Below are positions 36,148 through 43,038 of a DNA stretch of 43,038 bases, piece by piece. Location: positions 1 to 43,038 of the IMG/VR virus record IMGVR_UViG_3300025160_000010; one strand, written 5' to 3'. Positions within the stretch are counted from its first letter, which is position 1. The number at the start of each line of letters is the position of its first letter. This stretch comes from a virus (lineage: Duplodnaviria > Caudoviricetes). Both the position numbers and the translations under genes were made by a program. The notes under the pieces were generated by a model, which saw only the letters and a list, made by a program, of their open reading frames with translations, made no database searches and was not told the origin of the DNA.

Positions 36148-38412
36148 TCATAAGAGATTCCCAGATGTAGCCTTCCGTTCTGCTTCCTCGAGATTTTTTA
36201 CCGCGATCCGAAAGTACGATTCTTTCAATTCTATGCCGATGGCCTTACGTCCGAACCGCACTGCTTGATATGCCTCACTCCCGATACCCATGAATGGCGT
36301 CAGCACCATCTCGCCCGGATTACTATACAGCTTGATGCACCGCTCTATTGTGCCAAGTTGCAGCGGGCAGATGTGTTTCTCATCGTCTGCCGCTCTAGCA
36401 TCGGAGTATCTGAGTACATCCGATTCATGGATATCCAACCAGAGGCCGTGTGCCCACGAGATCCACCGTTCGTTATCCAGTTCTCCGCTCTCCACGGGCT
36501 TTACGGCAACAGCCGAATCTCCTGCCTTCTTGAAGATGAGGACCTGGTCAATAATGGCTGGCCGGCTATGCGTACTATCCTTCCGGAGTTGGACAAACAA
36601 GAGTGCTTTGCTCTTGGTCCTGATCGCCTGAGCCTGGGGATTCTTCTGGACGAATGCCCGACCGACGAATATCCAGCCTTCCCTCTCGTATGCCCGGATT
36701 ACCTCGCCCGGGAAGTCACGCATCCCGATATATCCGTCCTTCATCCCAATGGCCGGGATGTCCGAGGTATGCACACAGGTCAGCCGACCTGGCTTGGTTA
36801 CGCGGAGCACCTCACGGATGATGTAGGTATAGTGGCTGAAGAACTCTGCCCACCCACGACTATTTCCGAGGTCACGCTGGCTTGGGGAATAGGTGTACAG
36901 ATCAGCGAATGGCGGGGAATACACGGAGAGATCAATAGAGTTCGGGCCAATTTCCGCAAGGCGTGTACAGGCGTCTCCAAGCATCGCCGTCCATTCCTGC
37001 CCGCGCAATGTTTCCTCTTTGCTTACTTCCCCGTCAGTAGCCTCCACCGCATGAAGTTCCTGCGTCTCGTAGTCCCGCACGGATCGGATCAACTCTTCGA
37101 TCATTTGTGCTGCGGTTACCTCCTTCCGCATGACGTTCTCATAAATCTCTCGCTCTGCCGTCGAAAGAATGATGTGGCATTTTACGGGATGGGTCTGACC
37201 AAATCGCCATTGCCGCCGAATGCACTGATAGTAGGACTCCCAAGAATCGCTCAAACCCAGGAACGCCATATTGTGCGCATTCTGAAAGTTCATCCCGAAG
37301 CCCGCGATCCTTGGTTTTGTGACCAACACTTGAAAGTGTCCGTCCTGGAACGCCTCAATCAGTGCTGCTTTTTCCTCGTGCGAATCCGATCCCTTGATCT
37401 GAATAGCCCCGCGCAGTGCTGCAGTCGCCATATCTGCTTCGGCCTGGAGTCCGGTCCAGACGATCCATTGGTCTCCCGAACCGTTGATTGTCGCACTCAA
37501 CCGCTCAATCCGTGCTTGCAAGGTGTCCCGTCGAATAGCGTGCCGGTCTGCGATGCCCTTCAATCCGCTAAAAAACAGCTCCCCCTCGCGTTTGATACCT
37601 ACATGCACCCATGCCGCCTGAATGGTGAGCGACGGCAGGATGAATCCCGCATCCTCATACCCAAGATCGCTTGGCTTCCGCAGGCTCATTGCCCATGAGG
37701 CCATCCAGCGGTAGAACGATTGCCTGGCATGATTCTTAATTCTCCACTCCTGGCCGTGCTTATTGCCGAACTTCGTCCGGACAACAGCACCCGTCTCCAA
37801 GAGAGTCTCTTGTTGGATGTTTGCATGCACAAAGAACATGGATAACATTTCTGCCATCGTACAGACGCCAAGGAATTCAGCATGATTGCCGATTTCGGTC
37901 TGATCGTTCGGTGCCGGGGTTGCCGTACAGGCGAGACGGAAAGGAATGTCGCGGCACGCCGTTATCAACTTGCTCCGCGTCTTTCCGTCGAGAGCCTTCA
38001 GGATGGAGGATTCGTCCAGTACAACCGCCCCGAAAGCCGAGAAGTCAAAGGCATCAATCATCTCGTAATTCGTGATCCACAGTCGATGTCCTGCCGACAC
38101 CTCTGCCTGAGAACGGACGTACTGGACTTCACATCCGATCTTTTTCCCCTCTCGCACCGTCTGCCTCGCTACGGACAGCGGAGCAAGGATTAGGGTCTTC
38201 TCGCCAATCAGCCGTGCCCACTCCAGCGAAATGAATGTCTTCCCGAGTCCCGTATCAAGGAAGATGGCCGCCCGACCCTTCCGAATCGCCCAAGCACACA
38301 CATCGCGTTGAAAGGGAAACAGCATCTCGTGGATGCTGGAGGGATTTATCTCTTTCCCCACAGGAAGAGTCCCATGCCCCTTCTGCCGAATGAATTCTTC
38401 GTAGGTGTTCAC
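36148..38412 (-). CDS. SF2 (SNF2-like) helicase fused to N4/N6 DNA methyltransferase
   Basis: DTGLGKT, LDESS, TATP, QCIRR.WRFGQ; YSPPF, HICPLQ, TPFMGIGS; lower GC. Confidence 0.9.
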   Translation of the reverse strand: MNTYEEFIRQKGHGTLPVGKEINPSSIHEMLFPFQRDVCAWAIRKGRAAIFLDTGLGKTFISLEWARLIGEKTLILAPLSVARQTVREGKKIGCEVQYVRSQAEVSAGHRLWITNYEMIDAFDFSAFGAVVLDESSILKALDGKTRSKLITACRDIPFRLACTATPAPNDQTEIGNHAEFLGVCTMAEMLSMFFVHANIQQETLLETGAVVRTKFGNKHGQEWRIKNHARQSFYRWMASWAMSLRKPSDLGYEDAGFILPSLTIQAAWVHVGIKREGELFFSGLKGIADRHAIRRDTLQARIERLSATINGSGDQWIVWTGLQAEADMATAALRGAIQIKGSDSHEEKAALIEAFQDGHFQVLVTKPRIAGFGMNFQNAHNMAFLGLSDSWESYYQCIRRQWRFGQTHPVKCHIILSTAEREIYENVMRKEVTAAQMIEELIRSVRDYETQELHAVEATDGEVSKEETLRGQEWTAMLGDACTRLAEIGPNSIDLSVYSPPFADLYTYSPSQRDLGNSRGWAEFFSHYTYIIREVLRVTKPGRLTCVHTSDIPAIGMKDGYIGMRDFPGEVIRAYEREGWIFVGRAFVQKNPQAQAIRTKSKALLFVQLRKDSTHSRPAIIDQVLIFKKAGDSAVAVKPVESGELDNERWISWAHGLWLDIHESDVLRYSDARAADDEKHICPLQLGTIERCIKLYSNPGEMVLTPFMGIGSEAYQAVRFGRKAIGIELKESYFRIAVKNLEEAERKATSGNLL

Positions 38413-38654
38413 GCCTGCCCTTCTGCCCAAGTGATCGCCACAGCCAGCGCCGCCGCCCGCTTCCGCCGGTGCCCCGCCGCGATCTCGTACCCGCCGGCCG
38501 GCCGCGGCCGCAGCAACAGGGGGGCCAGGACGCCCACCTTCCGCATGCTGGCCGCCAGCTCCTGCAGCTTGGCCTGATCATAATGCCGGCGGGGGTTCCA
38601 CGGCGATTCGTGCAGCTCGGTCAACGCCACCAACATGCTCACGGGTTCCGTCAT
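38409..38654 (-). pseudogene. Truncated ParB N-terminal domain
   Basis: NPRRHYD...LAASMRKVGVLAPLLLR...YEIAAGHRR, then ends after about 15 residues. Confidence 0.65.
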
Positions 38655-38682
38655 GAAGGCCTCCGCTGGGGGTGAGACGTGC

Positions 38683-39078
38683 TCAACGCAACTCGATTCG
38701 CAGACTCACTACCGGTGCCAGCCCGCGCTGGATCCGCTGCCGATAGATGAACTTATGGCCGGCCTCGGGGGCATCGCTATCAATGACGCCGGCATCCTGC
38801 AGGCCATCGCGGATCGGCTTGATGGCGGATTCGAGGTTGTCGTCGTCCATGAGGGACCACACGTCCGCCGTGAATGTGATCCGCTTGCGCATCTTGGGAT
38901 CGATACGGTCGAAGCCGTTGCGCTCCAAGACCCGCATATAGTCGGCCACCAGGTGGGCGGTGTCCCGTCGCCACGCCTTCGCGTACCGATGCCGCTGCGA
39001 CCAATGGCCCCGGGCATTCGACTGGCTCCGGATCCGGCCCGGAAGGTGGACATGGAACGCGGGCATCCCGGCGCTCAT
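38683..39078 (-). CDS. RusA-like Holliday junction resolvase
   Basis: DDDNL...KPIRDGLQDAGVIDSD. Confidence 0.8.
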   Translation of the reverse strand: MSAGMPAFHVHLPGRIRSQSNARGHWSQRHRYAKAWRRDTAHLVADYMRVLERNGFDRIDPKMRKRITFTADVWSLMDDDNLESAIKPIRDGLQDAGVIDSDAPEAGHKFIYRQRIQRGLAPVVSLRIELR

Positions 39079-39085
39079 TGATCGC

Positions 39086-39208
39086 TCAGTTCTCTTGGAA
39101 CCCGCAGCGAGGGCAGCGGGGCGCCGGGTCCTTCGTCAAGAGTGTCTTGAAGCAGACGAGGCACAGCCACAGCCGCGGCAAATTCCAGTCGAAGGCCTTC
39201 TTTTCCAA
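39086..39208 (-). CDS. 40-aa Zn-ribbon protein
   Basis: TTG start; WLCLVC...RCPRCG. Confidence 0.5.
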   Translation of the reverse strand: MEKKAFDWNLPRLWLCLVCFKTLLTKDPAPRCPRCGFQEN

Positions 39209-39213
39209 ATCCG

Positions 39214-39648
39214 CTACCTTCCTCTATCCTCGCCGGCGGCCAGTTTCGCCGCATGGACCAGCATGGGTCCGACGTCCGGCGCGTGCCGACACCACGGCAG
39301 CCTGCAGGGACGCCGGTCCGCCGTGCGCAGATCCTGAAGCCCCTTCGCCGCCTTCCACAGCAGATCGATCGGCCAGTGGGCCAGCTCGCAGCAATAGGCA
39401 CCGGCGGTGGCCTGGAACCGCTCGAAGGCGTGCCAGTCCTCTGCCGGCACCAGCCGCGTCAAGCAGAACAGGTGCCAGTCACAGAGCAATCTCCCCCCGC
39501 GCTTCCCGGCCCCGGTCAGGAAGCAGCGGCCCCCACCACTCCGGGCCCCGCCGCCAGGCGGGAACACCAGCTCCGCCTGCCACTCGCAGCGCAGCGATTG
39601 CGCAACAGCGGCGGTAGCCGGGGGGCTACTTGCCTGTTTGCGCTTCAC
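39214..39648 (-). CDS. Hypothetical Cys-containing protein
   Basis: GTG start overlapping the replication gene end; CDWH motif. Confidence 0.5.
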   Translation of the reverse strand: MKRKQASSPPATAAVAQSLRCEWQAELVFPPGGGARSGGGRCFLTGAGKRGGRLLCDWHLFCLTRLVPAEDWHAFERFQATAGAYCCELAHWPIDLLWKAAKGLQDLRTADRRPCRLPWCRHAPDVGPMLVHAAKLAAGEDRGR

Positions 39649-40432
39649 GCTCCGCGATCCTCCCGGCTGTGTGCAGGCAGTTTCGGAGCTTCTGCAGCAT
39701 GGCCTTCCGCGTCCTCGGCACATACCCCTCGCTCTCGATGTACGCGACCGCGTCGGTCAGCAGGGCATCCAGGGGTTTCGGGCACGACGTCAGCCATTCA
39801 TCCAGCGTCCGCCACCAGGCGAGGTCGGACAACCACTCGCGATGCTTCATCAGCCACGGCAGGGCCTCGATCTTCGCCTTGATCGGCTCCCATTCCTGTG
39901 GCCATGTCGCAAATCCGTTCAGCGGCGGTGGCGATGCCGCAGTCTGCGGCGGACCGCCGCGTCTTCTCGACGTTCGGAGTTCGGATATCGGGTCAGATCG
40001 GGTCAGATCGGAATAGGCCGCAGATTGCAGCGACTCGCGGCAGGTTGCGGCAAGTTGCTGCAAGGTACTATTCTGCGCCATTCCGGCACAGGGTGGCTCC
40101 GGGTACTTCGGCTTCGAATCCCGCTCCCTCTGATGCTTGTGGAAGGTGACCGCATGCCCGTAGACCCGATCATCCCCGTCCACCCGATACAGGTGCACCA
40201 GGGGATCCTCCCCCAGGGTCCACTCTTGGAGCACGCGCGCCATCTTTGCCGGCGTCCAGCCGGTCGGCCGGCGTGGCATCAGCTCCGCCAGCAGGATCTC
40301 TGGATCGGCCTCGAAGCAGCCATAATCGTCTACGGCTACCGTCAGACGCCACCAGGCCCGCTCCGCGGCATCGGAGACATGCTGCAACGTGGGGGATCTC
40401 CGGCAGCGTTCACGTATCGTTCGGTCGGGCAT
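39626..40432 (-). CDS. Phage replication initiator / replisome organiser
   Basis: MPDRTIRE...S..AE....RL...DDYG...AD N-terminus; F.KHQ; internal DNA repeats. Confidence 0.75.
   Translation of the reverse strand: MPDRTIRERCRRSPTLQHVSDAAERAWWRLTVAVDDYGCFEADPEILLAELMPRRPTGWTPAKMARVLQEWTLGEDPLVHLYRVDGDDRVYGHAVTFHKHQRERDSKPKYPEPPCAGMAQNSTLQQLAATCRESLQSAAYSDLTRSDPISELRTSRRRGGPPQTAASPPPLNGFATWPQEWEPIKAKIEALPWLMKHREWLSDLAWWRTLDEWLTSCPKPLDALLTDAVAYIESEGYVPRTRKAMLQKLRNCLHTAGRIAEREAQTGK
39985..40069. repeat. Iteron-like repeats inside the replication gene (putative ori)
   Basis: atcgggtcag x2; five 10-mers gcagattgca/gcgactcgcg/gcaggttgcg/gcaagttgct/gcaaggtact. Confidence 0.55.
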
Positions 40433-40484
40433 AGAGTCTCCCTGGTGCACCCCTCACCTCCTGCATCCCTGCCAGCAGCGCCGT

Positions 40485-40685
40485 TCAGGCTGCCGGCGGG
40501 GGCCGTCCAGGCTTCGCCCTGTGGAGTATGGACCGCGACTCTACAGGGCGAGGCCATTTCGTGCCGCAGATGCACCGGCAGTCCCCCGCGTGCCCGGCGA
40601 GCCTGAAACAGAGGTGCTTTCCCTTTCCGCGTTTCTGGGAGGCGCATACTTTTGGTGGCCGCCGGGGCTTCGAGACCGTTGGCAT
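40485..40685 (-). CDS. Small Cys/His protein
   Basis: C...CFRLAGHAGDC...W; GGAGG RBS, TGATG coupling. Confidence 0.5.
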   Translation of the reverse strand: MPTVSKPRRPPKVCASQKRGKGKHLCFRLAGHAGDCRCICGTKWPRPVESRSILHRAKPGRPPPAA

Positions 40686-40858
40686 CAGGATTCCTCCGAA
40701 CCGACGCCACCCGGCAGCGACATGCGTTCAGCCCCCCTCTGGGACGCAACCTGGTGCCCTACCGGAGGCGCCTTCGCCCGGCGCGCCGCCTGCCGTTCCC
40801 GTCGCCGCGGCTTTCGGCTACGTGGGGTCTTGCGGGTGGGTTTGCCCTTGGTTCCCAT
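40685..40858 (-). CDS. Arg-rich 57-aa protein
   Basis: GGAGGTG RBS; KPRRRERQAARRAK. Confidence 0.55.
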   Translation of the reverse strand: MGTKGKPTRKTPRSRKPRRRERQAARRAKAPPVGHQVASQRGAERMSLPGGVGSEES

Positions 40859-41004
40859 TCGATCACCTCCCTTCACCGGCCACGAGATCGTGTACCACGG
40901 TGTGCAGTGTTCATGCGGCCATTGGCGATGATGCCCTTCGAGGCGGCCACACTGAAACTGTTCTCCACCGACAAAGATTTCAGACCGGCAGGTTCGGCGG
41001 CGTC

Positions 41005-41409
41005 TCATCCCCGCTCCTGCGCCGGGGGCGTATGACCATTACCGTTCCCTTCTTCCCACTCCATCCGGAGTTGGCCCAGCAGATCCGGCAGTGTGGTATT
41101 GACTGCCCGGGCCACGGCCAGGAGCGTCCCCAGGGCCTTGCGCCGCTGCTCCCGGCGGAAGCCGTCCATCTCCTCCACCGTCGCCAGCATGTAGTACCCG
41201 TTCCTGCCGCGGGCCGCCGTGCTGCCGATCGCCTCGCCATGATCCACCCGCAGCCGATGGACGATCTGCTGGACCTGGCGCGTCTCCAGCCCGACCAGGC
41301 TGGCTAGCCTCGGCATCGGGACGGCCGCCGCCATCCCCCGATGCGTCCGGAGGATGGTCAGGACGCGCGCCTCTGCGGAACTGTGGGACCAGTCAAGCTC
41401 GAGCTGCAT
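41005..41409 (-). CDS. Winged HTH DNA-binding protein
   Basis: LASLVGLETRQVQQIVHRLR...IGS...GYY. Confidence 0.75.
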   Translation of the reverse strand: MQLELDWSHSSAEARVLTILRTHRGMAAAVPMPRLASLVGLETRQVQQIVHRLRVDHGEAIGSTAARGRNGYYMLATVEEMDGFRREQRRKALGTLLAVARAVNTTLPDLLGQLRMEWEEGNGNGHTPPAQERG

Positions 41410-41451
41410 CGGATCCCCGTGCTCCGGCTGACTGGATCCGAAATGGGAGGG

Positions 41452-41592
41452 TCACCCGCGTGCCTCCTCCTTTTTGGGTGGCACCACCATCGAATGATCG
41501 TGGCAATCCTCGCAGAGTTGGCAGAGTTCGCAGACGTCGCAGCCGTCCTCGGACGTCTTGTAACATTGCTTACAGGCCAAGGGATCGCTCAC
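41452..41592 (-). CDS. 46-aa Cys-rich protein
   Basis: CKQC...CDVCELCQLCEDCH; GTG start with GAGGG RBS. Confidence 0.5.
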   Translation of the reverse strand: MSDPLACKQCYKTSEDGCDVCELCQLCEDCHDHSMVVPPKKEEARG

Positions 41593-41902
41593 CCCCGCCC
41601 CTCCTCACTCGCCTCCTCCGCCGCCCCCGCGTCCCCACGGGGCGAGGAGAGGGAGTCCGCCAAACCATAAAGGAAGAGTGCCCAAGCGTTTCTTCCCTCA
41701 TCTGAGATTCGAGAATAGACTGCTCTGGGATCAGGTGTGGCTTGGGCATCGTGCCTCCTTGCCCTCGCCCCCGCCCCCGCCACGGGACGGGGGCGGAGTT
41801 ACTGAAATGCGTGCTTATGGATTGGACACCGTGAGCGGTCAATCTCGCTATGAGATGCGCCGGTAGAGCACTTGCATTCCAGGTGGATCACCCCCCTTCC
41901 TC

Positions 41903-42156
41903 CATGCGGCAGATGGTAGAGTAGCTAGCGCGTAACGCTAGACGGGACCCGCAGTTCTACTCCACCACCCCACCGCATGGAAGGGCGGCTCAACACCTCC
42001 GGGCCCGCCCCGCGGGGTCTTACGCCCAGGACGTGTGCACATGCCGAGTCGCCCCCTGAAGTGCTGGCGAAGCCGGATGCAGGGCTCATCGCCTCCTGTC
42101 GTTTCGTCCCCGCCGGCAGGAACCCCGACACGTTGAGGTCCGGCCGTCGCCAGCAC
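41903..42156 (-). ncRNA. Putative array of three tandem structured RNA domains
   Basis: Three adjacent 75-95 nt units, each closed by a long stem; G-U pairs favour the minus strand. Confidence 0.5.
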
Positions 42157-42158
42157 AC

Positions 42159-42284
42159 TCAATCCCTCACCCGCACCCGATTCAAGTACCCCAACCAGGA
42201 ACACGTCGGACACCCGGCACGCGAGCCGATATAGGGCTGACAGGCGTACTGAGTCCGGCAGCGCGGACACCGATACGCGATCAC
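42159..42284 (-). CDS. Small Zn-ribbon protein
   Basis: MIAYRCPRC...CPTC. Confidence 0.45.
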   Translation of the reverse strand: MIAYRCPRCRTQYACQPYIGSRAGCPTCSWLGYLNRVRVRD

Positions 42285-42346
42285 CGTCCGCCGCGCCCCA
42301 TGCCGCGCGCGGTCACGGCTGCTGGCGCGTTTGGAGGGAAGCATGA

Positions 42347-42820
42347 CTAGACTAGCGTTCGCTCGGCGTCCGGCAAGCCGACCAGCGTTTGAATCAACGT
42401 CTGTACCGCCAGCAAATCCAACTCCTCAAAGCCGCGGTTCCACGTCTTGCGACAGTGCACGGTGCGCTTGGCCTCCGTCCACCCCTTGGCCTCGCAGAGT
42501 TCCCGCACGCGGATCTGGGCTTGCTCCAGGGGGGAAGGATCGCCAGCGGGGGGCGCCGGGCCGTCTCCTCCCCCCGGAGTGGCGGCGTGCTCTCCAGCCC
42601 CCACCACTGCTCCCGCTGGCGATTCGACCTTGGCGGTTTTCTCTGCGATGGATGCTTGGATCGCTGCGACCAACTTCTTGTTCTGTTCGGCCCATTTGTT
42701 CTTCGGATCTTTCGCTGCTTTCTCGAAGGTAGGGAGATGTTTCTTTAGTGTGGCAAGGTCACACTCTTCCGGTGTCTTGCCCTTTACCTCGTCGGGGAAT
42801 GGGAAGCGCAGTGTCTTCTT
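42347..42820 (-). CDS. 5'-truncated phage protein (C-terminal part only)
   Basis: Frame open from about 42838 (KKTLRFPFPDEVKGKTPEEC...) with no proper start; cut at the narJ junction. Confidence 0.55.
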   Translation of the reverse strand, partial: KKTLRFPFPDEVKGKTPEECDLATLKKHLPTFEKAAKDPKNKWAEQNKKLVAAIQASIAEKTAKVESPAGAVVGAGEHAATPGGGDGPAPPAGDPSPLEQAQIRVRELCEAKGWTEAKRTVHCRKTWNRGFEELDLLAVQTLIQTLVGLPDAERTLV

Positions 42821-43038
42821 GCTGGAATTAAAAGAGCGCTATCGAGCCAAGGGCTTCGACGTGCCAGAGAACGAGTTACCGGACCACCTGGCGTTGCTGC
42901 TGCGATTCCTGGCGATAACCGATGACGTAACCATGGCTGGGGAAATTATCCACGAGGGCCTGCTGCCGGCAATGGAGCGGATGATGGGTAAAGCCAAATC
43001 CGCCGGCTATGATGAGGTGGAAACCCCCGAGCCACCGC
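42804..43038 (+). CDS. narJ: Nitrate reductase molybdenum-cofactor assembly chaperone, internal fragment
   Basis: KRSVFLLELKERYRAKGF...NELPDHLALLLRFL (NarJ/TorD ELPDHL motif); no 5' part. Confidence 0.8.

Larger units (their letters stand above)
1..42803 (-). mobile_element. Siphovirus-type phage/prophage genome segment (HK97-like head module), incomplete at both ends
   Basis: Canonical order terS-terL-portal-Clp protease-capsid-neck-tail tube-chaperone-tape measure, plus HNH, RusA and replication genes. Confidence 0.96.

Noticed and set aside
41903-42156. Canonical tRNA genes
   Set aside because: No clear T-loop GTTC motif or cloverleaf by eye; kept only as generic structured RNA

Overview
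Nearly the whole window (1 to about 42,810) is a GC-rich, HK97-like siphovirus or prophage, mostly on the minus strand. Reading from right to left it encodes early and replication genes (replisome organiser, RusA, truncated ParB, helicase-methylase fusion, C5 methylase, HerA-like ATPase), then an HNH nuclease, a putative cos region, a ParB-like gene and a methyltransferase-like gene. A plus-strand island follows (RHH protein, clamp-loader-like AAA+, radical SAM), then terS/terL, small morons, an HTH regulator, portal, Clp protease and major capsid. Next comes an unusually large block of about 12 kb of accessory genes, followed by neck, tail tube, a frameshifted chaperone and the 5' part of the tape measure gene. 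The last ~235 bp switch abruptly to an internal narJ fragment. No integrase, repressor or lysis genes were recognised. The strongest novelty candidates are four. (1) Three signal-peptide proteins in the late operon whose FN3 A-strand arrangement suggests a donor-strand-exchange fibre, linked by a shared D/E-x-L-x-x-x-E peptide to an 839-aa repeat protein. (2) About 12 microsatellite-arm hairpins or half-hairpins at late gene junctions. (3) Three hairpins with a constant CTGACA loop in the plus-strand island. (4) A cos-proximal ParB / Trm1-like methyltransferase / radical SAM module. All calls come from motif reading only; no database search was run.
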